This document shows, piece by piece, positions 18,219 through 25,266 of a stretch of DNA of 37,969 bases (the stretch's first letter is position 1; each line of letters starts with the position of its first letter). Position numbers and translations under genes: made by a program. The notes below the pieces were generated by a model that ran no database searches, was not told where the DNA came from, and worked only from the letters and a program-made list of their open reading frames with translations. The stretch spans positions 1 through 37,969 of the forward strand of contig JAFZGH010000105.1 in the NCBI GenBank assembly GCA_017555465.1. The letters are read 5' to 3'. This DNA comes from Akkermansia sp. Lineage in GTDB: Bacteria > Verrucomicrobiota > Verrucomicrobiia > Verrucomicrobiales > Akkermansiaceae.

Positions 18219-19148
18219 ATGAAAAACGTAAAAGCTGGACATGCAAAGCCCATCGTGTGCCTGGACGCTGGCCATTATGGCAAATACAACCGCAGCCCGG
18301 TGGTGCCGGCCTATTATGAGAGCGTCATGAACTGGGCGCTGCATAACTACCTGGCCAGAGAGCTGGAGGCCCGCGGCATCCAGGTCAAGAAAACCCGCAC
18401 GACCCAGGCCAAGGACCTGGAGCTGAACGCCCGCGGCAAAGCCTCCGCCGGCTGTGACCTGTTTATCTCCATTCACTCCAATGCCTGCGACACCGAGAGC
18501 GTGGACCGCCCCGTGGCCATTTACCTGGTGGACGACAACTGCGGCGCCATTGACGAGCAGAGCCGCCAGGTGGCCGCGCTGCTGGCTGAGACCGTGCGGG
18601 AGATCATGCAGACCAATGACCCGGCCAAAACCTACAGCAAGCTGGCCAGCGGCGACCGTGACGGCGACGGCAAGAAAAACGACGACTATTACGGCGTGCT
18701 GTACGGCTGCCACCAAGTGGGCACCGCCGGCATTATCCTGGAGCACTCATTCCACACCAACACCCGCGCAGCCAAGTGGCTCATGCAGGACGCAAACCTG
18801 CAGGCCCTGGCAAAGGCAGAGGCTGCCACGATTGCCGCATGGTTTGACCTGGACCACGCCGGCAGCGAAAAGCCCGCAGAGCCCGCGCCAGCGCCTGAGA
18901 AAGCGCCCGTAAAACTGGACCCGGCCAAGAGTTTCCACAAATACAAGGCCGGCGTCTACAAGGTGCAGAGCTCTGACGGCTGCCTGAACCTCCGCGCCGG
19001 TGCTGCTGCCGATAAGCAGCTGATTGAGACCATGGCCAACGGCACAAAGGTGCGCTGCTATGGTTACTATACCGACGCCTGGCTGTATGTGGTGAGCGCA
19101 TCCGGGAAAGCCGGTTTCTGCCATAGCGCATACCTGAAAAAGCAGTAA
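18219..19148 (+). CDS. Endolysin: N-acetylmuramoyl-L-alanine amidase (Amidase_3) with C-terminal SH3-like domain
   Basis: CLDAGH, YES, FISIHSNA, ILEHSFHTN; C-terminal LNLRAG...WLYV...GFCHSAYL; RBS AAGGAGG before ATG 18219. Confidence 0.92.
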   Translation: MKNVKAGHAKPIVCLDAGHYGKYNRSPVVPAYYESVMNWALHNYLARELEARGIQVKKTRTTQAKDLELNARGKASAGCDLFISIHSNACDTESVDRPVAIYLVDDNCGAIDEQSRQVAALLAETVREIMQTNDPAKTYSKLASGDRDGDGKKNDDYYGVLYGCHQVGTAGIILEHSFHTNTRAAKWLMQDANLQALAKAEAATIAAWFDLDHAGSEKPAEPAPAPEKAPVKLDPAKSFHKYKAGVYKVQSSDGCLNLRAGAAADKQLIETMANGTKVRCYGYYTDAWLYVVSASGKAGFCHSAYLKKQ

Positions 19149-19162
19149 AGGAGGAGAGACCA

Positions 19163-19528
19163 ATGGAGCAAGCAATGGCCACATTATCCCCCGGCCAGCT
19201 TTTCCTGGCGTTCTGTGGCGTCCTGCTGGCTGTGGCCGGCTTTGTCGTCACGGTGGGCAACGCCGTGGAGAAAATCGCCAAAGTATGGAAAGCCGCAAAG
19301 GCCCCCAACGTAACCCAGGACAGCCGCCTGGACGAGCTGGAGAAATGGAGGAAAACCGTGGACACAGCCCTGGCCCGTGACCTGGCGCGTTTCGAGGCAC
19401 AGGACGAAAGCGAGCGCGTGACCCAGCGGGCCCTGCTGGCCCTGCTGGACCACGGCATAGACGGCAATAACATCGAACAAATGAAGCGGGCCAAAGAGGT
19501 GCTGCAAAACCACCTCATTGAGCGATAA
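19163..19528 (+). CDS. Single-TM lysis-module membrane protein (holin/antiholin-like)
   Basis: One N-terminal hydrophobic helix plus coiled coil; between endolysin and holin. Confidence 0.6.
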   Translation: MEQAMATLSPGQLFLAFCGVLLAVAGFVVTVGNAVEKIAKVWKAAKAPNVTQDSRLDELEKWRKTVDTALARDLARFEAQDESERVTQRALLALLDHGIDGNNIEQMKRAKEVLQNHLIER

Positions 19529-19548
19529 ACCCAAAGGAGGAAAACATC

Positions 19549-20025
19549 ATGGAGTTTATTCTGGAAATCCTGAACACCTACGGCATGGAGATCGTGGGCG
19601 CCATTTTCACCGCCCTGGCCGGCGTCCTGGGCATGGTAGCCTCCAAGCTGGCCACCAAGTACGTCAATACCAAGATCAAGCGCCAGATCGCCCGCACCGT
19701 CGTGCGCGGCATCGAGCAGGCATACATGACCCTGGACGGCCCCGCAAAGCTGGACAAGGGCCTGAAAGCCCTGGCCGACATGCTGCAGGCGGAGAGCATC
19801 ACCGTCACCGACCTGGAGCTGCGCATGCTGCTGGAGGACGCCCTGGGCGAGTTTAACGACGTTTTCAACTACGAGGTCATGGAGGGCTTTGCCGTCGAGG
19901 ACCTGGACGACGACCAGCTGCGCCAGTTTCTGCAGATGAATGGCTTTGCATACACTGCGGGCATGACCCGCGAGGAAATGCTGGCCGCCCTGGGCGAAGA
20001 ACCCGAGGCCGGTTTTCTGATTTAA
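19549..20025 (+). CDS. Holin (LL-H-like) with acidic C-terminal extension
   Basis: N-terminal TM helix, IARTVVRGIEQ..G..KL..., ELRMLLEDALGEFN pattern. Confidence 0.7.
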   Translation: MEFILEILNTYGMEIVGAIFTALAGVLGMVASKLATKYVNTKIKRQIARTVVRGIEQAYMTLDGPAKLDKGLKALADMLQAESITVTDLELRMLLEDALGEFNDVFNYEVMEGFAVEDLDDDQLRQFLQMNGFAYTAGMTREEMLAALGEEPEAGFLI

Positions 20026-20114
20026 CGCACACAGCAGGCGCAAATATGATCGTTACGGCCACCGGCCGGCGCCAATAGAATCAATAACGCACATAAATGA
20101 TTACATAGCATAAG

Positions 20115-20162
20115 AAAGCCCCGACCATAATGCCAACCCCGGCAAAATGGCCGGGGCTTTTT
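20115..20162. terminator. Terminator ending the lysis module
   Basis: AAAGCCCCGACCAT...ATGGCCGGGGCTTTTT with internal TGCC/GGCA stem. Confidence 0.75.
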
Positions 20163-20175
20163 GTGCGCTTTGCGA

Positions 20176-20193
20176 TATACCACAAACGGTATA
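20176..20193. promoter_or_regulatory. Operator copy 1 (TATACCACAAACGGTATA)
   Basis: Imperfect palindrome, 16/18 identical to the operator core at 20245-20262. Confidence 0.7.
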
Positions 20194-20236
20194 AAACTAC
20201 ACAAAACAAGGCCCGAAACTTTGTACATTCTGCGAA

Positions 20237-20264
20237 TTGTAAATTATACCATAAATGGTATAAT
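20237..20264 (+). promoter_or_regulatory. Sigma-A promoter overlapped by a perfect palindromic operator
   Basis: TTGTAA-16bp-TATAAT with extended TG; ATTATACCAT-AA-ATGGTATAAT inverted repeat (20243-20264) covers the spacer and -10. Confidence 0.85.
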
Positions 20265-20313
20265 AGACCCATACAGAACGACACCCCACCACACAACACC
20301 AGGAGGAAACAAC

Positions 20314-20577
20314 ATGAAAAAGCATTTTTACAAGCCCTGCAAGGTGATCGTAGAACGGTACAGCCGCTGCAAGTATTTCCACCCCGAGGACGGCGAGCGC
20401 ATCACCTACGAAAACGTGGAGGCATTCGAGGTGGTCCACGGCGAGGCAGCTGCCCAGCTGGAGGCCGAAATGGATGGCACCACCCTGGACGACTTCAACG
20501 AATACCTGGTGCTGTATTTCACCAACGGCGAAACCGCAACATTCCGCAACTCCTACGCAGACCTTTTCAAATTCTAA
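20314..20577 (+). CDS. Hypothetical 87-aa protein, first gene of accessory operon (candidate anti-defence)
   Basis: RBS AGGAGG; acidic C-terminal half; no recognised family. Confidence 0.8.
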   Translation: MKKHFYKPCKVIVERYSRCKYFHPEDGERITYENVEAFEVVHGEAAAQLEAEMDGTTLDDFNEYLVLYFTNGETATFRNSYADLFKF

Positions 20578-20578
20578 C

Positions 20579-20626
20579 CACCAGGGCCGGCAACCCCGGC
20601 CCGCCAATCAAAAGGAGCACGACATG
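20579..20626 (+). repeat. Intergenic hairpin+RBS unit, copy 1
   Basis: CACCAGGGCCGGCAACCCCGGCCC-N8-AAAGGAGCAC-N-ACATG. Confidence 0.9.
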
Positions 20627-20896
20627 AAAAAAAGACAATGGTTTATATTCCAGGTTTTCGACGGCGGCCAGGACCTGCTGGACCAGCCTATATGGCACTG
20701 GGAGGTCACCCTCCAGTACCACACAAAGGCGGAGGTATTCAAGACATACAACCGCTACAGAGGCCACCGAAAAGTTAGAGAAGTTTTCACCCTGCGGCAG
20801 TTTGTGGAGGCCGTCGGCATCAAGACCGCCCAGCGAGTGCTGGAGGACAACCGGGGCCGCATCCTGGCCGACAAGGAAAGATATTCCGAACAATAA
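20624..20896 (+). CDS. Hypothetical 90-aa protein
   Basis: RBS AAGGAG within repeat unit; MKKRQWFIFQV... Confidence 0.8.
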   Translation: MKKRQWFIFQVFDGGQDLLDQPIWHWEVTLQYHTKAEVFKTYNRYRGHRKVREVFTLRQFVEAVGIKTAQRVLEDNRGRILADKERYSEQ

Positions 20897-20897
20897 A

Positions 20898-20945
20898 CAC
20901 CAGGGCCGGCAACCCCGGCCCACACATAGAAAGGAGCACAACATG
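20898..20945 (+). repeat. Intergenic hairpin+RBS unit, copy 2
   Basis: 24-nt exact repeat of 20579-20602, plus the same AAAGGAGCAC at the same spacing. Confidence 0.9.
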
Positions 20946-21629
20946 GCAAGTATCAGAAATGCAGCACAGTGGGTCCTGGACGATTGCCGGGACGGCATCG
21001 GCTGGGTAGCAATCTGGAAAGAGGGCCGCAGCTGGGAAAGCGAGCGCATTTACGGCGTAGACTTTGACGCGCCTACCTACACCGCAACGATTGACGACGC
21101 CGACGAGCTGGAGCGGCTGCAGGCTATCCTGGCCATTGACCCCCATGCAATCATTGTAAACAGCTATTACCACAACCTGGGCGATACCGAGTGCATGACC
21201 CGCGACACCCTGGCCGACGCCCTCCGCTGGCAGTACGAACTGCAGAACGCCACCGTGGCCAACTTCCTGGAGAATATTGTGCAGGATGCACAGGAGCCCG
21301 CCGACCATGAGGAGCAGATCGCAGCTGCAGACCTGGGCAACATGCCCAAAAACGACGAGGAGGACGAGGACGAGCGGGTGGCCGCATGGGGCCGCCAGGA
21401 GCGCAGCGTCACCCTGACAAATGACCAGTGGAACCGCCTGGTTTGCTACCTGCATATGAGCACCAAGTACCGAGAGGGAGAACGGGACGCATGGCAGGAA
21501 CTGGCCCAGGAGAAGAACCCGGACGGCACCCCGGTATTTAAGAACGCGGCCAAAAATGCAGCATACTGGCAGGAGGCCATTGACGACCTGGCCGCCATGC
21601 TGCCCAAGCTGGACGGGCTGGGGGCGTAA
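20943..21629 (+). CDS. Hypothetical acidic two-domain protein (228 aa)
   Basis: RBS within repeat; D/E-rich linker (NDEEDEDE) separates two regions. Confidence 0.8.
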   Translation: MASIRNAAQWVLDDCRDGIGWVAIWKEGRSWESERIYGVDFDAPTYTATIDDADELERLQAILAIDPHAIIVNSYYHNLGDTECMTRDTLADALRWQYELQNATVANFLENIVQDAQEPADHEEQIAAADLGNMPKNDEEDEDERVAAWGRQERSVTLTNDQWNRLVCYLHMSTKYREGERDAWQELAQEKNPDGTPVFKNAAKNAAYWQEAIDDLAAMLPKLDGLGA

Positions 21630-21631
21630 CT

Positions 21632-22024
21632 ATGGAAAAGAACCACAGACAGCGATTGATCGAGGAGGGGCTGTACGAGCCCCTCACACCCAACGATATT
21701 GCAGAGCGCAAAGAGCTGCTGGAGCGCCGGGCCCGTGGCGAGAAAATCCAGGACCCGCCCATATACTGCGTGTACCGCGCTGACGACCCCTGGACCCATA
21801 TCGACACCAGCCTGGGCAAGAAATGCCAGGACGCGGAACTGATCGCGGACCACCTGCGGGGCTATGAGGCGCAAAGCCTGTGCAGCCGGCTTTGCATTTA
21901 CGACAAGCAGCAGCCGCCCAGGACCCGTCCCTGGCTGCCTCCGCTGGATATGTACCGCATTTCAAAAATGGACGACTGGGACGCCTGGGAGGCCCAGCAC
22001 GCCCAGCTCAGAATGGAGGTGTAA
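21632..22024 (+). CDS. Hypothetical 130-aa protein
   Basis: Tightly packed in operon. Confidence 0.7.
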   Translation: MEKNHRQRLIEEGLYEPLTPNDIAERKELLERRARGEKIQDPPIYCVYRADDPWTHIDTSLGKKCQDAELIADHLRGYEAQSLCSRLCIYDKQQPPRTRPWLPPLDMYRISKMDDWDAWEAQHAQLRMEV

Positions 22025-22028
22025 CAGT

Positions 22029-22172
22029 ATGGACGTAGAGGAGATCATGGAGCAGGTTTGCGACCGCTGCCATTATCCGTATATCATTGACGACCAGGAG
22101 CAGCTGGACGAACGCTGCGAGGCGTGCCCCATTGAGGCCATGCTGAAACAGCTGGCAAATAAGGAGGAGTAA
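22029..22172 (+). CDS. Hypothetical 47-aa acidic Cys-containing protein
   Basis: RBS GGAGGT; MDVEEIMEQVCDRCHYP...RCEACP. Confidence 0.7.
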   Translation: MDVEEIMEQVCDRCHYPYIIDDQEQLDERCEACPIEAMLKQLANKEE

Positions 22173-22175
22173 ACC

Positions 22176-22358
22176 ATGGGAGAGAAACTGAAACAGGCCC
22201 GGCAGCGTGCCGGCATGACCCAGGCGCAGCTGGCTGAGGCCATAGGCTGCAAACAGAAAGACGTGAGCCGCTGGGAGGCCGGCCTGATCGAGCCCGGCGT
22301 GCTGACCGTCAAGAAAATGGCCCAGGCCCTGGGCTGCAGCATGGACGACCTGGTGTAA
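22176..22358 (+). CDS. Stand-alone XRE/HTH_3 regulator (Aca-like position)
   Basis: LKQARQRAGMTQAQLAEAIG...VSRWEAG..EP; last gene of the operon. Confidence 0.9.
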   Translation: MGEKLKQARQRAGMTQAQLAEAIGCKQKDVSRWEAGLIEPGVLTVKKMAQALGCSMDDLV

Positions 22359-22440
22359 TGCTAAGAAAAAAATATGCAAAGGAATTTTACTTATTTTCTG
22401 CCGGCTGTGCTGTAATTAAAGCAAAGTTAAAATAATACGC

Positions 22441-22472
22441 AAAAAGGGCACCCGGGCGGCGGGTGCCTTTTA
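22441..22472. terminator. Bidirectional terminator
   Basis: AAAAAGGGCACCCG-GGCGG-CGGGTGCCTTTTA. Confidence 0.8.
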
Positions 22473-22535
22473 TCATATTTCCGCCAGGCTGTCAACGTGG
22501 CCAGAAAGCCCGCAGCGGCGCCGTTTGTGGCGGTA

Positions 22536-22564
22536 TTGACAATCAGCGGAAAGTGTGGTATATA
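22536..22564 (+). promoter_or_regulatory. Sigma-A-like promoter
   Basis: TTGACA-17bp (ending TGTGG)-TATATA. Confidence 0.6.
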
Positions 22565-22569
22565 GACGG

Positions 22570-22651
22570 TGGTGCAATTGTTCAGCCCGTCGGCCGTGGG
22601 AACCCACGCCAGAAAACCAAAGAGGCCACCCCAGGCGGGCGGCCTCTTTTT
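22570..22651 (+). ncRNA. Putative ~80-nt small RNA or attenuated leader
   Basis: Bounded by the promoter at 22536-22564 and terminator AAAGAGGCCACCC-CAGGC-GGGCGGCCTCTTTTT (22619-22651); no RBS-led ORF inside. Confidence 0.45.
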
Positions 22652-22700
22652 AACTTGTTACGCCCTGGAGGTAAAAACAATGGTAAACTATCAGTATACG

Positions 22701-22733
22701 AAAAAGAGGGGCGCCGGCGTGGGCGCTCCCTCT
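22701..22733 (-). terminator. Terminator downstream of integrase (minus strand)
   Basis: Minus strand AGAGGGAGCGCC-CACGCC-GGCGCCCCTCT-TTTT. Confidence 0.65.
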
Positions 22734-22798
22734 ATCACATTTTTGTCTATCTGTCAACCAGGCCCAGCAAAGCCAGGCGTGGCGGGCGTTTCACGATA

Positions 22799-22858
22799 TG
22801 CAGCGCATGAGCGTGCAGACGAACCTGCACACCCATGGTCTGCATAAAATGCGCGGCA
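22799..22858. other. Putative attP of the serine integrase
   Basis: 60-bp imperfect inverted repeat next to the integrase stop: TGCAGCGCAT/ATGCGCGGCA outer arms and TGCAGAC/GTCTGCA inner arms, centred near 22828-22829. Confidence 0.65.
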
Positions 22859-22860
22859 GT

Positions 22861-24438
22861 TTACAACCGCAGCGAGATATGCAGCTCAAAGGGGCTGACC
22901 TCACCACCGCGCAGACGTTTCCTGTTTTCTCTATCACTGGGCACGCTGGAAAATTCGACGCGCTCCACGATTGCCTTTACCACTCTGTTTTTCTCCTCTA
23001 TGGTGGCGGCATCATCCCGCAGAATATCAATAGCAGCCTTTAAGGCCACGACCCGCTCTGCGTAGTCCACGGACTGCGGCAGGGCGCTTTTTGCTTTGTA
23101 GATCGCTGCCTGGCATTCCTCCATTTTTTCGCGCAGCGCTTTGTTGCGGCGCTCAAAAACGTCCTGCGGGTAATTTGGATTAGTTTCAAGCAGATCATAC
23201 TGCCGCTCCTCCTGGGCCCTGTATTCCTCCATTTGTTTCTCCAGTTTGACCAGGAGGCGCTGCTGTATCTTCCTGGCGTCGCCGTCGCCGTTTGTGACCT
23301 TTAGCTCCAGCGCCGGCAGCTCTGCCTCCTCCAGGGAAACCACCAGGGCGTCCACCAGGGCGCCGGCCTTTACGGATTTATAGCACGGCGGCCTCTGTTT
23401 GCATGTGTATCGGTCCTCTGCATGTTTGTACGGGTGCAGGGCCATGACCTGCCCGCAGCCTTTGCAAAACAGCACGCTGGCCAGCGGATTCTTTAAGTGG
23501 GTAAATTGATTTATGCGCGGATTTTGCGCCACGCGCTCCTGGGCAGCCTCCCACAGGGCCCGGTCTACGATTGCCGTGTGTTTACCCTCTGCTATGATAA
23601 CGTCCTCCACAGGCTGCGCCAGGCGCCTCTTGACAATTTTGCCGTTTTCAAGTACCTGGGTAAATTTCTTTTGATTAAATGCCACATAGCCGGCATAGTG
23701 CGGATTGCGCAGCATCACGCGCACGCTGTCCTTTTTCCATTTGTCAATGCGGGCCGGTTTTATGCCCAGCTCATTGAGGCGGCAAGCTATCTGGTAAGGC
23801 GTGGCCCCGTCGTTCACATACATGTCATACGCGAGCTGCACGGCCGGCGCCTGGTCCTCGTTTATTTCCAGCGTGTGGTCCTTGCCTATTTTTATTTTGT
23901 TATAACCATATGGCGGGTGGTTACCGATAAAGCAGCCGCGCTTTACAGCCGCAATCCGACCCCGGAAAAGTATTTCCTTTGTGTATTCCAGGAATTCGCT
24001 GGAGCGCAGCAATTCGTCTTTGAAGAATTTGCGCTCCATTTTGTTTTCCAGGTCATAGGTCATATACGGCGTGGCGACGACGCTATGGGAAAAGCGGAAA
24101 CTGTCAATTATTTTGGAGCAGTCGGCCAGATCACCGCGGGAGAGCCGGCTGGGCTCCATGACAATGACGCCGGCCACGGCCGGGTCCTCTATGCGGGCCA
24201 GCACTTTCTTTATTTCCTCCCGGGCGTCGATACTTTCACCGCTGACAATTTCCCGGTATATATTTTCCTCTGGAATTGTACAGCCCAGCTCCCGCTCTGC
24301 CCACTCCTGCAGCTGCGTCTCATGTTTGGCCAGGACCTCCTCCACCGTTTCGTTTGGGTCATCCTGCCGTGATTTACGCAAGTAAAGCAACCATATTTTG
24401 TATCGTGATTCATTGCCCAGCTTTTCACTGAGTGTCAT
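22861..24438 (-). CDS. int: Large serine recombinase (integrase)
   Basis: YLRKS catalytic motif, SRLSRG, PPYGY recombinase domain, LFCKGCG..C..C zinc ribbon, coiled coil. Confidence 0.95.
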   Translation of the reverse strand: MTLSEKLGNESRYKIWLLYLRKSRQDDPNETVEEVLAKHETQLQEWAERELGCTIPEENIYREIVSGESIDAREEIKKVLARIEDPAVAGVIVMEPSRLSRGDLADCSKIIDSFRFSHSVVATPYMTYDLENKMERKFFKDELLRSSEFLEYTKEILFRGRIAAVKRGCFIGNHPPYGYNKIKIGKDHTLEINEDQAPAVQLAYDMYVNDGATPYQIACRLNELGIKPARIDKWKKDSVRVMLRNPHYAGYVAFNQKKFTQVLENGKIVKRRLAQPVEDVIIAEGKHTAIVDRALWEAAQERVAQNPRINQFTHLKNPLASVLFCKGCGQVMALHPYKHAEDRYTCKQRPPCYKSVKAGALVDALVVSLEEAELPALELKVTNGDGDARKIQQRLLVKLEKQMEEYRAQEERQYDLLETNPNYPQDVFERRNKALREKMEECQAAIYKAKSALPQSVDYAERVVALKAAIDILRDDAATIEEKNRVVKAIVERVEFSSVPSDRENRKRLRGGEVSPFELHISLRL

Positions 24439-24561
24439 AAAAAATCATCCCCTTGTTTTCGTCTTTTTTCGCTGTGCTGCTGTGTTACATTAAAGTGGCA
24501 ACATTTACATGTGGCGCCAGATAATTTCCTGACTGTATAATGTTTTCAGAAAGTTAAAAAA

Positions 24562-24577
24562 CAGAACACACGTTCTG
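24562..24577. promoter_or_regulatory. LexA/DinR (Cheo) SOS box
   Basis: CAGAAC-ACAC-GTTCTG matches Bacillota GAAC-N4-GTTC; lies 20 nt downstream of TATAAT (24536-24541). Confidence 0.75.
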
Positions 24578-24611
24578 GCCGCCCCGGAATTTATGAAGTG
24601 AGGTCATTGCC

Positions 24612-24722
24612 ATGGAAGAAACACTAAAAACCAAGCTGCACCAATACATAGAAAGGCTGGACCTGAGCCAGCTACATATTGCAATCGGATTTTTCAAAAC
24701 TCTTTTCGGCTTTGACGACTGA
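24612..24722 (+). CDS. 36-aa putative SOS-induced antirepressor (not in ORF track)
   Basis: RBS GAGGT then ATG; MEETLKTKLHQYIERLDLSQLHIAIGFFKTLFGFDD; convergent on and overlapping the cI 3' end. Confidence 0.6.
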   Translation: MEETLKTKLHQYIERLDLSQLHIAIGFFKTLFGFDD

Positions 24723-25100
24723 CGCGCCCGCGTCAGTCTTTTTTTGTTTTGTAGACATTGACGCAATGACCAGCCGCACCGCGTAACGGTCCGCCTCACT
24801 CAGCTGCATGTATTCCCGGGCCATTTCCAGGGCGTCCTGGTCCATGATCACCTGGGCCGCCAGGGCGCCCATGTCCTGCAGCTCCTCCGCCGGCTTTTCG
24901 TCCCATCCCATCAAATGCCCAGGCGTTACGCCAAGCGCATCGGCAAAGGCGGCGATTTTCTTCTGTGGCAGGTCCCTGATACCCAGCTCTATTTTGTTTA
25001 TGGCCGACTTTGTTTTATAGCCGACACGGCTTGCCAGCTCCTCCTGGGTAATTCCTGCCCGTTTCCTGGCCGCTGCTATGTTCTTTCCTACGTTTGCCAT
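24672..25100 (-). CDS. CI-like XRE repressor without S24 peptidase domain
   Basis: RBS GGAGGTG, ATG 25100; IAAARKRAGITQEELASRVGY..KSAINKIE.G HTH; short helical C-terminus; divergent from cro. Confidence 0.9.
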   Translation of the reverse strand: MANVGKNIAAARKRAGITQEELASRVGYKTKSAINKIELGIRDLPQKKIAAFADALGVTPGHLMGWDEKPAEELQDMGALAAQVIMDQDALEMAREYMQLSEADRYAVRLVIASMSTKQKKTDAGASVVKAEKSFEKSDCNM

Positions 25101-25119
25101 ATTTTCACCTCCTGGCTGT

Positions 25120-25148
25120 ATCATAGCACTGGGTAGCCGTTGTGTCAA
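25120..25148 (-). promoter_or_regulatory. Lysogenic promoter for cI
   Basis: Minus strand TTGACA-17bp-TATGAT. Confidence 0.85.
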
Positions 25149-25176
25149 TTTTTTACGCATTTTTCAGAAAAAAAGG

Positions 25177-25205
25177 TTGACAAAGTGGCCACGCGATATT
25201 ATATT
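25177..25205 (+). promoter_or_regulatory. Early lytic promoter for cro operon
   Basis: TTGACA-17bp-TATATT. Confidence 0.85.
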
Positions 25206-25217
25206 GAAATAGCAAGC

Positions 25218-25236
25218 GGTAGCCAAAACGGCTACC
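25218..25236. promoter_or_regulatory. Switch operator GGTAGCC-AAAAC-GGCTACC
   Basis: Perfect 7-bp arms; degenerate copies at 25133-25149 and 25176-25192 overlap the two -35 boxes. Confidence 0.85.
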
Positions 25237-25266
25237 AAAGAAAAACCCAAGAAAGGAGGCATTTAC

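Noticed and set aside
20026-20162. Possible sRNA or small minus-strand hydrophobic peptide after the holin
   Set aside because: Only a TAGAAT with a poor -35, and no RBS for the peptides; insufficient support
20579-20921. Solitary CRISPR repeat / RNA anti-CRISPR
   Set aside because: The hairpin lacks a recognisable CRISPR repeat 3' end (such as ATTGAAA(C/T) or GAAAC) and is tied to an RBS; kept as a linker repeat only
22680-22847. 55-aa ORF with good RBS as a type I toxin
   Set aside because: No hydrophobic TM segment, and it runs through a terminator hairpin and attP; not called as a CDS, mentioned only within the non-coding cluster finding
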